Of a stretch of 64,000 nt of DNA, positions 24,371 to 38,699 are shown in pieces. The DNA is taken from assembly GCA_951406725.2 (NCBI GenBank), contig OX597821.1, positions 75,764,001-75,828,000 on the forward strand, in the 5' to 3' direction. Position numbers and translations under genes: made by a program. Source of the stretch: Octopus vulgaris (lineage: Eukaryota). The notes beneath the pieces were generated by a model. It was not told the DNA's origin. It ran no database searches and saw nothing but the letters and a program-made list of their open reading frames with translations. Each line of letters starts with the position of its first letter. The first letter of the stretch is position 1.

Positions 24371-26798
24371 TCGACAGGAACATGTTCTTTAAGTACAGAT
24401 TACTTAAAGAACAAGTTCCCGCCAAATTCTTAAACCTTCCAGCTTTTCAACAACATATGAGAAAATAGGGAAACACGCGACGCTTCCTCTAATTTGTAAG
24501 AAGAGATTCCTCTCTCACCTAACCACTTTTAGCAGTCTGTAGCCTTAATGGCTAACGTCTGAATTTATATTACGTCTCTTTCCCGGTGACTAGAGGCACG
24601 GTTTCATTACATCGAGAACTAAAGGTTCTTCTGATCTTTCCAGCATGACAAAAAGATTCGATGCATCTGATATAAGAATGTTCCAGCTAAATTACACACC
24701 TGTTGCATCTATACGTCGCTCATAACACGGTTCAGAAGTTTGTCTATGACCTCTAATATACTTCAGGGATTTTAAATTTCAACTTCACTCTTTATCCCTT
24801 GCATTAGAATTGCTTCTAACCATGAACACATCAACGCAAATAACGCCGCATTTCATTCCTAGATTAATATTCTGCACATGAGAATGTCGATGTAGATGTG
24901 ATTTTCGTTTTATTTTCTGCATGAAAGTATTTAGTTTTGCCGGGAGCTAAATAGTGTCTGGAAAGATAACTTGTGATATAGTAGCCTTTACCATGATGTT
25001 AAGTTATATATCTTTATATGAACCAAACAGATTTTTTGTTCTTTGTGCTTTTGTGATTTTGTGAAAAAATGCAAAGTGTTTAATAAACAACGTTGTTATA
25101 TTCCTGTATAACTAATGAGACAATTAAATATTCATAAAATCTATAAAGAAAACATCATCACTGCGAAAAGCTGGTAGTACAGGTCACTGTGGTGGCAGAG
25201 TTGCTCTTCATTAAAGCAATTAAGTTTCTCTTGTGCAGTCAATTATTCTCCTGTATCTCTCCGATTGCTTCAGGTACTTTAGCTCTGAGTTCGGAAATAA
25301 AGTTCAGCATTGAGAGACCATTAACCTTGGTCGTCTGCGGAACCGTTTGTTCAGAAAGGTAATAGTTAATCAGTTTGTTATATTTACTTGTCCTATTGTC
25401 TCCTGCTTTGTTCGACATTTGATTTTAAGAATATATCTATAATAATGGATGCTTCCAAATTCGCTTTGCATGATTGGAAGAGATGAGAATGCCTCGTTTA
25501 GAGAAAGCTCCCTCAACAATCATATTCACTTTATCTTTGAAATCTTACCATTTGGAGGCAACGGCAACAAGATATGTCATGATAAATTTTAGCGTCAACA
25601 TGTGCATTGCAAAAGCATTTTATTTATTGACAGACAGCGGCTCTGAGTGTAAGGGCAAATACCACTCTAAAACCAATTAGATTTAGAATGCTGCCAGGGA
25701 TGACAATGGGTGAAATATAAACAGAGTTACAAAATGTGAAAGCTTAGTTGCAAGAAAACCATCACGAATACTCTGGCCGCGATCAAACTAGAACTTGCTG
25801 CAAATATCATCCCCAAAGAAGAAGGTGTCGAATTCTAGCCTCTGGTGAGAAGATATTGGCAGGTTAAGTCTGAAGATAATAGATCTTTGAACGTGGAATG
25901 GACGACATAAGAAGAGGTGAAATTATGCTTGTATGGAAGATAATAAAAATCGTGTAGAAAGAAACCTACCCTGCAGTGAAAACCTGTCCCACCAAAGCAT
26001 AGAGGCAGAGTAACTTGAAGCCACGGTAACAGAGGGATCGACATTTGCTAGACTTTATTTACGGTAAAAATAAATAATTGTTGGAATTCTATAAGGATCG
26101 ATTTTTTGTATAACTTGAGAAGGTATCGATTTTCTTGATTAGGAAAACCGACAGGGTTTCCAATAGAAGTAAACTAAGAAAGAGCTTTATTCAAGAGGGA
26201 GGGAATGTATATTCAAGAGAAAACGCCCCAAAGAAGTATTTTGACAGTTTCGATAATATTGTTAGTACTGGTAACAAAGGGGTCATTCCTAAAAGGCAAC
26301 ACTGTGGTTATACCCTTAACCATCCGAATATAGATGCCCATCGAAATTAAGTGTCAGTTATGTGTAAATGCGCCACTTACAAATGAAAGTAACTGCCGAA
26401 CATGGTTAACCTTACTATGTAATATGGGGTCGAATTTAATTTCTAGACAATGAGCAAATACTGTCAAAAGTACTTAAACTATTATTTCTGTATAGACCTA
26501 CCAATGAGGTACTAAATAAATCCAGATCCAAACATTTCAAAGATGAATAATTTGAATATGTCGCTGATATGTGTTGCTTCAAGGCAACCCATCAAAAGGA
26601 TTATGACGATGTTTCTCTTATGCATGGTCTTTTTCGAAAACCAGCGATGCTTTTAGTGTAGTTAAGATGCTTTTAGTGTAGTTAAGATTATTCATTACAT
26701 AAACGAAGTGGAAATATAGTGAAAACAATGATTCATCAAGTTTAAGTTTGTTGCCCTTAGTTCGCAATTCCTCGACGAATTTATCAATTCTAAAGTGA

Positions 26799-27180
26799 CG
26801 GCGCAGGCTGTGTGTTATGAAGTCTACTTCCCAACCATATGGTTCCGGGTTCAGTCTCACGCCGTGGCACCTTGGGCAAATGTCTTCTTCTATAGCCTCG
26901 GACTAACCAAAGACTTGTGAGTGGATTTGGTAGGCGGAAATTGTAAAAAAGCTTGTCGTAAGTATATGTGTGTGTGTTTGATCCATAACCGCGGGCTATC
27001 GGTTTGGTGGTTTTATGTTCCCCGTAAATTAGTGGTTCGACAAAGGAGAACCCATAGAATAAGTACCAAGCTTTAGAAAAAATAAGTAGTAGAGTCGATT
27101 TTTCTTTTATTCTTAAAAATTCTTCATAGTGGTGCCCCAGCATGGCCGAAGTCTAATGACTGAAACAAGCAAAAGATAAA
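26799..27180 (+). mobile_element. SINE family B (CORE-type), near full length
   Basis: tRNA-like head, GGTTCAGTC B box, GTGGCACCTTGGGCAAATGTCTT CORE-like motif and family tail. Confidence 0.9.
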
Positions 27181-27206
27181 ATATTAAGGGAAAGAAGTTT
27201 AGGAAT

Positions 27207-27335
27207 CTTTTCTCCTCTAGACACAAGGCCCGAAATTTTTTGGGGGGAGCAGTCGATTAGATCGATCCCAGTACGCAACTGATACTTAATTTATCGATCA
27301 CGAAAGGACGAAAAGCAAAGTCGACCTCGACGAAA
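27207..27335 (-). mobile_element. SINE family A, 3' part (tail-2)
   Basis: ctctagacacaaggcccgaaattt…gtcgattagatcgatccccagtacgcaactgatacttaatttatcga. Confidence 0.85.
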
Positions 27336-28054
27336 GAGGTTTAGGAATACACGATTCGTGGTTGTGAATATGAGTGTGCGCGTGCACGCGTCTGTATAGA
27401 GAACAGACTGAGACAAGAAAGCGTGAAAGTGTAGATAAAATTAATATTCATAATCCTGATCTTAATTATTGATAATAATTATCTTCACGTCTTATTCTAA
27501 CAATATAATTAAGAAAAATCTTAATCACCGATTGCAAATATTATCTTCAGCCAATTTACTACTAAAAACATTAAATAAATTACCAAATTGTCAATTATAC
27601 CTTTAATTTAGTAATATTGTGTTTGCCATATCAATGTGATAGCTTAATTTATTTTTTTTATTTTGATGGGTGTTTTTTTTGTTTACAAATATCAGCAATG
27701 AGCTCAATATTTTCTTGTTTAGACAGTAGCATACTCCAAAACAATTCTTATATCTAATAATTATTTCAAACTAAAAATAACTGAATGGAATGCTGTTGAC
27801 TTAAAAATCTTTTGTAATGAACCAATAACGGCTGCATGTAAGGCGAGCCAACTGGGTAGCCCACACTTAACCGTTCAACCTCCTAGAAATAGCAGTCAAA
27901 TCTCCTTTGAAAAGCAGTTTTACATGATGATGCAATTCTAGATTTAATTTCTCTTAAAGAAAGACCGATGAGCATGGCTGGAAGGCCATTAGTAACAGAT
28001 CAAGTACTAATCATAGATGTGAAAATGATGAGGTGTGGCTGTATATCAGTTGCA

Positions 28055-28712
28055 AATTTTGGCACAATGCCAGAAATTTTGAGGAAGGGATTAAATCAGT
28101 TACATCGACCCCAGTGCTTAGCCGGTACGTATTCTATTGACCCCAGTTGTCAGCTGGTACTTATTTCATCGAAACCGAAAGAATGAAAATAAAGCCCACA
28201 TCGGCGGAACTTGAATTTAGAATGTAAAAACTGACGAGATGCCGTTAAGCATTTTCTCCGGCGCGCTAATAATCCTTTCTACTAAAGGCACAATTTAGGC
28301 CTGAAACTTGGGAGAGGGTACAAAGTCGATTACATCGACCTCAGTGTATCACCGGAACTTAACTTACTCCGAAAGGATGAAAGGCAAAGGCGACCTCGGC
28401 GGAATTTGAACTCAGAACGTGAAGACGGACGAAATGCCGCAAAGCATTTTGCGTGCAAACGACTCTTTACTACTCTAAGCACAAGGCCCGAAATTTTGGG
28501 GGAGTGGGTGGGGGCAGTCGATTAGATCAACCCCAATACACAACCGGTACTAATTTATCGACTTCGAAAGGGTGAAAGGCAGAGACGACCTCGGCGGAAT
28601 TTGAACTCAGAGCGTAACAGCAAACGAAATACCGCTAAGTATTTCGCCCGGCGTGCTAGCGACTCTACCAGCTTCCCGCCTTGGCTGCATTAACGATCCT
28701 TCCAGCTCGCCA
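28055..28712 (-). mobile_element. Three tandem/nested SINE family A tail-2 copies plus an extra head fragment
   Basis: Three cores; junctions at ~28270 and ~28461. Confidence 0.9.
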
Positions 28713-28927
28713 CATACTTGCGGCTAAATTTCAACAACAATTAACTCATGACATAACTTCATCATCAATGAATTGGTTATAGGTATATTTGATTTAATTA
28801 GTTTATTTCATGCTTAAATATTTTCATAAGATTAATAATTAAAATCAAGTGGAACCGTGATCGGGTTTTAATTTTCCATTAAAAAATAACGTTAATTTAG
28901 TTACGACTTTGTAAAACACATAACACT

Positions 28928-29318
28928 TTATTCTTTTACTTGTTTCTGTCATTTGACTGCGGCCATGCTGGAGCACCACCTCTAGTCGAACGAATGGACC
29001 CCAGGAATTATAATTTGTAAGCCTAGTACTTATTCTATGGTGCTTTATTGCCGAACCGCTAAGTTGCGGGGACGTAAGCTCACCAACATCGGTTATCAAG
29101 CGATGGAGGGGGTAAAGGACAGACGCAGAAATATATATATATATATATATATATATACGACACGCTTCTTTTAGTTTCCGTCTACCAAATCCACTCACAA
29201 GACTTTGGTCAGCCCGAGGCAATAGTAGAAGACACTTGTCCAAGGTGCCTCGCACTGGGCCTGAACCTGGATCCATGTGGTTGGGAAGCAACCTAATTGC
29301 CACACGGCCACGCCTGCA
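28928..29318 (-). mobile_element. SINE family B, full length
   Basis: Head ggcgtggccgtgtggc…, CORE-like motif, internal (TA)n and family tail. Confidence 0.92.
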
Positions 29319-30269
29319 CCGTGACATAATATTTTAAGAAGATCTTTTTCAAATCATACTCTTCCTACTTTTGTCATTCGTTTGGGGTAAAGAAAGAAGC
29401 TGTGCCCGGTGCCCTCACAGGGAATCTCAAGTCCTTGTTATAACTCTATTGACACAATTAGGCTTCCGATCGAAATGTTGAAAACCGACGGCTGAGAAAA
29501 GGTTTTAAGCTGGATCATTGGATTATATATTCTAAGATCTAGAAAAGCGCTGGATGAGCCTAATTTATATTACTTTGATCATAGCACCGAGTCCTTGTGC
29601 GTTTGGTGTAAAAGAAACAAATATCATACGATATTCAATCAAGAAAATCTTGTAATTAGTGTGATGGTATTCTAGGAATGTCATTAAAGAAATCACTGCA
29701 AAGATTTGTCAATGTAGATGAAACTCATATTTTATCCATATTGCCTATGAAGCACAATTTCGCATAAACTATTTGGTGAGGAAATATCTTTGTTCATCCT
29801 TAACCACGGTTAATTTATCGGAGAAATTGCTGTGATAGTAACATATGTGTTCAGTAGCCTTTCTGACAACGGTGAATAGCATCAGTAATAGAGATATAGG
29901 GAAATAACAAAAGTGAAAGCTAGTTTTATGGAGAGAAACCTTGCTCAGTTCCAAACCGATGCTCCGAACCACACCCTACGTAGATGGCAGTAGTTGGTTC
30001 ATTAACCGTGCTTTCATCCGTGCATCTGATTCTCTTGAGTAACATTGCTGCACTTATCCGGCTGTTGTTCATGCAACGAGATAGTAAATTGCATCTTTTC
30101 ACCCACTAATTATAGTAAACAAGCACCATTTATTCCACTGAATATATTTGCTGATACGGAAGACATTAATTCTCTCTGCTGTTTTCTTTCCAACTTCTCA
30201 ACTCGTTTATTATAGTTATCACAGATTCAGGAGCTAAAATGAACAAAAATAATGACTAAATATACACAA

Positions 30270-30270
<1 letters not shown>

Positions 30271-30341
<71 letters not shown>

Positions 30342-30367
30342 CAGCAGCAGCAGCAGAAGCAGAAGCA
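30271..30367. repeat. (AGT)n/(AGC)n microsatellite
   Basis: Seen directly. Confidence 0.97.
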
Positions 30368-30883
30368 AAACTATTTCAAAAATATCTTGAAACATGATCG
30401 AATTTTAATCGCATCTCTTCATATATATATGTATGAGTATGTGTATTTGTGTGTCTGTGTCTGTGTGATTCTGTGAATATGTGTACTTCTGTGTAGGTGA
30501 GTATCTACGTGTGTATGTGTGTCTATGTGTGTGTGTGTGTATGTGTACGTGTTTATGTAGGTGTGCGTATTATCAGACAAAGCTGTGTCTGCGTGAGTCA
30601 CTACTCAGAGTTTCGCCATGCTTAACACTCAAGCGTTCTAGGTTTTGAAGATACCAAACAGATGAATCTGAAAATCTCTCCAGCCCAGATTATTGGTTAC
30701 ACAATTAGGAAAGGGTAAGTATGCAAAAATCCTTCAGTTTAATGTAAAACTTAACATAAAACAAACATAAATATCTATCTCTCTCACTCCCTCTCTCCCA
30801 CTCTCTATCACTCTCTAAGTATATATATTCTTTATTATTATCATCATCATCATCATCATCATCATCATTATTATTATTATTAC

Positions 30884-30917
<34 letters not shown>

Positions 30918-30919
<2 letters not shown>

Positions 30920-32045
30920 GATATATTTGACTTTTGCTTGTATTTGTACAAATTGACTCCAAGTCTCACCCAGAGACCTCAAGAGACAACAAGCTAGAAG
31001 TCCATGTTGATGTTATGGATAGGATGTCATATATTTGGTTTTGCAAATAATATTGTTGTAGAGAATGTTTAAGAAAACAAGGAAAATTATGCGTTTGTTT
31101 TAAAATTTGACATTACATATTCTGTATTTTACGTAGGATATGGGCAGTTCCCATGAGCGCTATCTTCTGAATTTCTGCCATTTTGTGGGTTTCCTGGTAT
31201 CTGAGCTACATAGGAATCGGCCACTTTTGTTATCATTCCTTGGGTATCTACGACAACAGGTATTGTTTTAGACTTGAGATTCCACATTTTGCCAATTGCT
31301 ATTTCGAGATCTTTATACTTGCTCAGTTTTTGTCTGAAGTCTTTCAATATAATGCTTGGCCTATTTGCGTCTATCTTTCTGTCAGTTCCAGATGAATGAG
31401 ATTTTCAGGCATTGAAGGCGGCTGTTGAGATACTCTGTATGCATTAGAAGACATGGAGACAACATAATCAATGGTTTCATTTTGTTGTTAACATACGCGA
31501 TATGTTGGGCTACTGCGGTTATTTAATATGTGGCCTGGTAGTTTCTTGTAGGTAGTTATTGATCTTGGACTGCTATGATAAACCTTCCTGCTTCTGATTT
31601 TAAGCCAGAAGACACTAACCATTGATGGGTAAAGGCTTTGTCAACATCGAAATTATTAGCTCTCTTTGGATATTTGCCATTGAAAGGGGGGGGTTGTCGT
31701 TTATCAGTCAGAATATTTAAGGCAGCACTTTTAGCACGGGTTTTCATACGCTCAGCTTTTTGTGTGCTTGTTTTCAGTACGTCTAATTCTGGGATTTGTT
31801 GTATTTGGAATTCACTTAGATATTCCTTTGCCTGTTTTATTACTGAGTATGATGTTTTCTTGTTTTTATGCTTTAAGACAAGTTTTAACATCCAGTCATC
31901 GGAGTTTTTCGGGTAGGTATCTAGGCCAATCGTGGCAATCTTCATTGTTAATTCCAGTTGTAAAAGTTCACAGCAACCCTATTTTCTTGGCAGATAAAGT
32001 CGTTGGGGCTCATGACGTGTAATGGATTAATATCATTGAGAATTG
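30918..32045 (-). pseudogene. Dong/R4-like LINE 3' portion ending in (TAA)n
   Basis: DWMLKLV, THQWLVSSGLKSEAGRFIIAVQDQ and KLSKYKDLEIAIGKMWNLKSKTIPVVV motifs (restriction-like endonuclease region); 3' UTR runs into (TAA)n at 30917; internal deletion. Confidence 0.92.
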
Positions 32046-34288
32046 TTAAAAATCTGTTTATATGTTTTGTGTCCTGTATAAGTAAAACAAATGTATGGTA
32101 CAAAAAAATTTACAAAACCTCATATTGATCCCTAATATCATATGGACCACTTTTGAGAGCAACTATTTTGGAAAATGGAGTATATAATTTCGAACGTATT
32201 AAACTGGTCGCCAACAGGTGAATTAGTAGTCCTGCTCCAAGCAGAACCTGAAAAGCTGGGATATAATTATGGGCGAAATGGATCTACTGTATTGTGGCCA
32301 TCTATATAAATATAGCTGAGGGAAACGGGCCATACATATGGTAGCATCAGCTACCTAATAGGGTTTTCTTTGGAATTGAGGGAAACAAAAGTAAAGTCTT
32401 TATATCAGCCATCTCCAAACCAACTGATAACAGTAAGAAGAAGAATAGAAAATTTCAAAGACAACAAAAGCAACTAACACCATAATGAAGGACAGTTCCA
32501 CTTCACACCTACCCAAAAGCAGAAAATAAGTCCTCTTCTTCACTACCAGTATACCAATCACAAACACTTATGCACTTTCCCTCAGATATGTAGACGTGTA
32601 CCTTTTCTTTTATAGGCCTCTCCAAATCCACATCTTAGTCAGACAATGAGACCTTGGGGAACCCATAGAAAGAGATCGTAGCTGTGATGGAAAGTAAGTA
32701 AACCAAAAATGGTCCAAAGCAGTATGAAATCCACCAATCAGCCATCTTCACCACCACTGTGAAAATAACAAAAAGCAAGAAAAGAAACTGCATAGAATCA
32801 CAAAATAACCAAAGAAAAATAATTGCAAAAACAACAAAATCATTCACGTTTCTACTGAACTTATTCAAAGAAATAAAAAAAAATGATAAATTGTTTCTTC
32901 AAAAGTGAGATCTTGGATTATCTCGCGCATAATACAGAAGTCATGTGGATTGTCTCAAATAAATGCAGATCAAAACACTCTACAGGCGAGAGATGTTTTC
33001 CAAGAATCTCAGCATAGACATTTCAGAAAGAGGTCTTTAAAGGGACCTCCATCCATTGCTGAGAAGATCAGAGTATATATCTTCCAAGAGTAAGGTACCT
33101 CAACGTCATTTTTTCTCTTTCTCCCATTTACATGGCGATAGTCCCGATAGGATGGACAAATATACGCGACCTGCGATCGGCTTATGCGCAACATCACTTT
33201 CTCAATGTCATTAGGTCACTAGATTCTTATGAAGAATACGTCAGTGAGAGCAGATATCTGGAATGTAGTCGCGTTCAGCTTCATAGACCATGCGATATAT
33301 GTATTTCGTGGTTCTCCCGGATTAGGCGTCTTGAGTCACTGTCGTTGGTAAAGGTTTGAATTTCAAATTACAGAAAATCATCTTAGACCCGAATAAATCA
33401 GTGCAGTGAAAGGGTTGCTTTCAAATGGTGGCCAGAATTACATTTGAAACACAAGATTAGGTTGTGAAAGGTCAGCAGAAGAGCATATAAACAATTTTAC
33501 AACCTTGAATGTATAGCTTCAACTGAGGTCACAGTTGCCGATTGAAATTTACTAATGCACGGGAGTGGATAAGGAGCAGCTACATCGTTTCATGTGGATT
33601 ATATCTTGGTATAATGATTTTAACTACGGAAGGAGATATAGGGTGACAAGATTTTCATCTGCTGGACTTCACTAATCGCAAAGTTTTCATCTAAACGGTA
33701 AATTAGTGTAATATTTATAAATAAGGACCCATTACAGGAGTGCGAATGCATGGTTCCCGGTGCACAAAGACTACAGCGACTGCATTAGCGAATAATTTAG
33801 CCAACATTTGGTAGGGTGCTCCTCATCAATCGGTTGTAGGTCACCGAGAAGGGTGATTAGAGAAGGTAATTAGTGAGAAAAACCCTCGTGGCTAAGGGAA
33901 AGACAAACCACTATATTATACGGACTGCCCTTGAAACTCCAAGTATATTTTACAGACCTTTTCCAAGACGTCTTCACGGACGTCTACAGCATTTAATAGG
34001 GAGCGGAGGAATTCCCAGTTAAGTGATATGGTAGTCTCACTTAACCACAACTCACCAGCGAATCTATTCTAGTATTTTGTACCAGACATTCTCTATTGTG
34101 GTAACAGAGAAAGAAAATGCAGTAAAGCGGTAAAGAAAACTTGGTTAGTACTCTTTATTTTAGTAGATTAGAACAAAGCAACATTATCTGTATTACACAA
34201 AACAACAAGCCATTGACTGCAGAAATGGAACTCAAGACCATACCATCGTGACCCCAACACTCTAACCACTAGTCTACTTATCTACATA

Positions 34289-34345
<57 letters not shown>

Positions 34346-34357
34346 AAAAATATATAC

Positions 34358-34432
<75 letters not shown>

Positions 34433-34639
34433 AAGATATCATAAAAGAGAAAAAAGCTAATCGCAGAGCTACAGAGATGGAAGTAAAAATGGACGATAGC
34501 TTAAACAGAATTGCTATTGAGATAATATCTACCGAAAATAGAACCGAAAGAAAGGTTTAGAAATAGTACTTCATCTTTCATTTCTCCCTAAATTGAATTT
34601 AGCTCTGTACACAAAATGAAGAGAAAAACAAAAACGATG

Positions 34640-34713
<74 letters not shown>

Positions 34714-35074
34714 AGAAACTATAAAACAGAAAGCTAACATCATCAAAGTAACGAAGATGGGGGAATATATCGTGTGTCTTAAATGTAATTGTGTAAAAAT
34801 TTATTGGCGTCTCCGAATAAAGACAGAAGTCTCCTGGTTCTAACTTAATGACATGGCTGATTTCTTATTTACAGAGCCAGTTAACTTAGCACCGACTTAA
34901 AGCTCAGACTAAGCGACGTTGAAGTGCGACTAAGAAAGTTTGAATATTTGCTACAAATACAGATATTGGTCTCTTCGTGTCTCTATTGTGTCTCAAGTGC
35001 GGCGGTTTTCTTCTTGGTTTACTTGTTATCGTTGTTCTTGTTGCTAGTACCTCGTGCCCCACAAGTGTTCATAT

Positions 35075-35084
<10 letters not shown>

Positions 35085-35133
<49 letters not shown>

Positions 35134-35520
35134 AATATATACATATTTATATCATATATATCATATATATATGATATGGATGCATATAATACATATGAAT
35201 ATATAAATAATATATATACAGACACATACACACACACACATATATATGTATATACATATGTATTTATATATATATATATACATATAATATATATAGACAG
35301 ATAGATAGATATACATATACATATATATATGCGTGTGTGCATGTTTGTGTATGTATATATATTTATATTAAATCTATAATATATATAATATGGATGTATA
35401 TAATAAATATAAATATATAAATAATATATATACGTGCACATACACATATATAAATACATGTATATGTGTGTGCATGTATGTGCATGCATATATGTATATA
35501 TATATGCATGTATGTATAGT
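35085..35520. repeat. Degenerate (TA)n-rich microsatellite field
   Basis: Seen directly. Confidence 0.95.
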
Positions 35521-36986
35521 ACAATTGACTATCTAGAAAGCATATAATCTTATATAATACATCTATATGAAATTCACCAAACCACACATGTGTATATAAT
35601 GATGTTAGTGACGGATACACGCACACACTCGCACACGCACACACGTTTATGAGCGTGTGTATGCTTAGGTGTATGCATATGAATGTATGTCTGTGTTTCT
35701 ATTTAACAATGCATATTCTTCTATTCATAACTTTCTGAATTATGTTTGCGTACATTCATATGAGGGTACATGTATAGATTTTGGCGTAATCATACCTCTA
35801 TACATATGTTACTCGAAAAGAAACAACTACAAATCAAAGACCCTGATTGTATGAAAATACAATTGGCCTTTTATGATAGTATTCTCCTATTATTTTGTCT
35901 TTTAGCTCTTTTCTTTTTCTCTTGTTTAGAGTTGTATTCTTTTTCTTGTATATATTTCCCTACGTTTCGATCCCAAAACACGGCACCTTTATTGTGAGTC
36001 TTTTTTTTCTCTTCTTTTTCTTTTTAAGGCGTTTCTCCGAACAGTCTCCCGATCCATCATTTCAGAATGGCTGTTATCTGTGGTCGAGGATTAAGACAGT
36101 GGCCGGTCATGCTAAACACCAATACTGGTGTGATATGAGAGGGTAGTGGCTGCTTAATTTTCTCTGACATATCTTTTATCATTGTCATTTTTCACAGAAA
36201 AATATCTATTTTGATCGCTACAATTGCACGCACAGAGAGAGAACTCGATCAAAAATGGCGGCCTTTCATAAGCCAGGACGTGCCTGGCGGGGAGGCAACC
36301 GTGTAATTTAGTTTCCTTTAATCGGCTTCTTAGAGCTGATAATGTGTCACGCAAACGTCATTCTCTCTCTAACACTACAACTCGAAATATTGTCACTGCT
36401 GCTATTACTATTGCTGATCTACATTTTGCAAGTATTATTTCTCTGGGTTGATCCTCTCACAACTATCATCATTAACATGAGAGCTGTTGCTGATTCTCTT
36501 TGGAGTAGAATGTGATGCCTGTCTAGACAAACAGACACACACACACATCGTACCTACATCAATGTATATCAATATGATTATCTATAGTGCATATAAAGGT
36601 GTAAGGTGTACACTCACACACACACACATATGTATATGAATGTATATATATCTATCTATCTATATATATATATGTATATATATATATGGAGGTATATAGA
36701 TAGGTAGATATACACTTATATGTATATACATATGTATGTTTAAACCGTATAGGCAGTTATATTTCTGTAAATATATGTTCATTAAAACGTATCCGTGTGT
36801 CAGTTCACGCCCAAGTCTGTACGTAGTGAATATATACAGAATAAATGCTTAAACTTTGAATAAAAGTGAGTATAAACTTCGAATCTCTCTTCCGGTATCT
36901 TTACATTAGCCGTATACATTCAGTATACGGCTATCATAACTGTTTATACAGGGACAACCTGCTATCGAAACAAGCTACTGCTCACC

Positions 36987-37048
<62 letters not shown>

Positions 37049-37169
37049 AATGCTGGTTATATCATATGCACGGGGGGTGTACAGTTATTTACATGCACAC
37101 ACACACATACATATTTGAATATATGTATATATGTGTGTGTATACATGGTATACATGCATACATACATAT

Positions 37170-37350
37170 TGTTTTATTCTTTTATTTGTTTCAGTCAACT
37201 GACTGCGGCCATGCTGGAGCAACGCCCTCAGTCGAACAAATCGACCCCAGGACTTATTCTTTGTGAGCCTAGTACTTATGTTATCAGTCTCTTCTGCCGC
37301 ACCGCTAAGTTACAAGGACGTATACACACCAGCATTGGTCGTCAAGCGAC
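37170..37350 (-). mobile_element. SINE family B, 3' half
   Basis: Family B tail and body motifs. Confidence 0.88.
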
Positions 37351-37364
37351 AACCATTTTAAAAA

Positions 37365-37915
37365 GATTTAATTTTTTTAAAAGGTTTAATAAAAAATAAC
37401 AACTAATTAATCAATAATGCTTTCACCTTTGTTGTTTACAACTTCTTTTCAATGTGTAGCAAAATTGTCAATACCTCGTTGGTAGAAATCACCTGATTTC
37501 GACTCGAAAAATTGAACCAACCAAGCTCTCAATTTTGCATGAGTATTGAACGAACTCCGCACATAGCATTTGAAAGAGATCAAAAGAGATGGAAGATTTC
37601 AAATCAATAGAGTACGGCGGGTGTGGCAGCACTTCCCAGCCATGCGTTTGAATGGCTTCCTTGGTCATGTTGGCGATATGTGGGCGGGCATTATCTTGCA
37701 GCAGAAGAACTCCATGCTGCCGATTAGGTCTTTTCTCAAACCAGCGGAGGTTGTGGCTCGTTGATTTTTGTTGTTGCCACTTAAATCATGCGGAACCCAT
37801 GCTCCATACTTCTGAACCCTTTCCCATCGAGCAGTGTGGTAGTATTCCATTTTCTCTGCCAGTTCCCTTGTCTTTTGACGGGAAATTTCGCCCTCGAGAT
37901 TTTCAACGTGTATAA
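37365..37915 (-). pseudogene. Internally deleted mariner transposase relic
   Basis: GAWVPHDLS motif, then in another frame LLQDNARPHIANMTKEAIQTHGWEVLPHPPYS. Confidence 0.88.
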
Positions 37916-38081
37916 GCGTCCAGTCTTTAATTGTTTCAAGATGTCTCACCAGTCCATTTGTGGTATTTCTTTTTGTAAGATGCAACTCCGATCTAGTTGG
38001 GCTCTGGGAAGGTAAAGACGATCCACGTCTGCCTTTGAGTGATGTATCTTATCACAATTCAGCTGTTTAGATATTTTTCTG

Positions 38082-38082
<1 letters not shown>
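37915..38082 (-). pseudogene. Short Dong/R4-like LINE fragment abutting (TAA)n
   Basis: Translates as IHHSKADVDRLYLPRA, then TTNGLVRHLETIKDWTL. Confidence 0.8.
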
Positions 38083-38147
<65 letters not shown>

Positions 38148-38149
<2 letters not shown>

Positions 38150-38281
38150 GGTGGCGCGCTGGCAGAAACGTTAGCACTCTGGGTAAAATGCTTAGCGGCA
38201 TTTCGTTCGTCTTTACGGTCTGCGTACAAATTCCGCCTGGGTCGACTTTGCGTTTCGGGGTCGATAAATTAAGTACCAGTG
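38148..38281 (+). mobile_element. SINE family A, 3'-truncated, directly after (ATT)n
   Basis: aaggtggcgcgctggcagaaacgttagc…ggggtcgataaattaagtaccag. Confidence 0.88.
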
Positions 38282-38699
38282 AGTCCTCATCCTCCTCCTC
38301 ATTATCATCGTCGTCGTCGTTATTATTATAATTTTATTTATCTTATTTTTTCATAAAAGATCTCAGCCTGTTTTGCTGGGTATGGTGCAAAGTGTCATCT
38401 GCCCACAGCCTACGGACTATATTTATTATTATTTTTTTAAAATCTATTTTCTTGATATCTAACTGTATTTACACAATGTACCTCACACGTCACCCAACCA
38501 GGTGAGGTGCATAAGAGATATGATGTTCTTAATGTATATGGTGATTGTATGATATTGAGAAGTGCTAGTCCTGGATAGAAACGAATAAATAGAAATAGAA
38601 TTAATATAAATGATGATAAAAAATATTTTGTATATTGTGCTTAATAAAAAATTTCTATAGATCTATGAAATTTAGAGTGATAATGTTGTACGTGAAATG

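Noticed and set aside
37665-37985. 106-aa ORF as a single gene
   Set aside because: Chimera of a Dong fragment and a frameshifted mariner relic.
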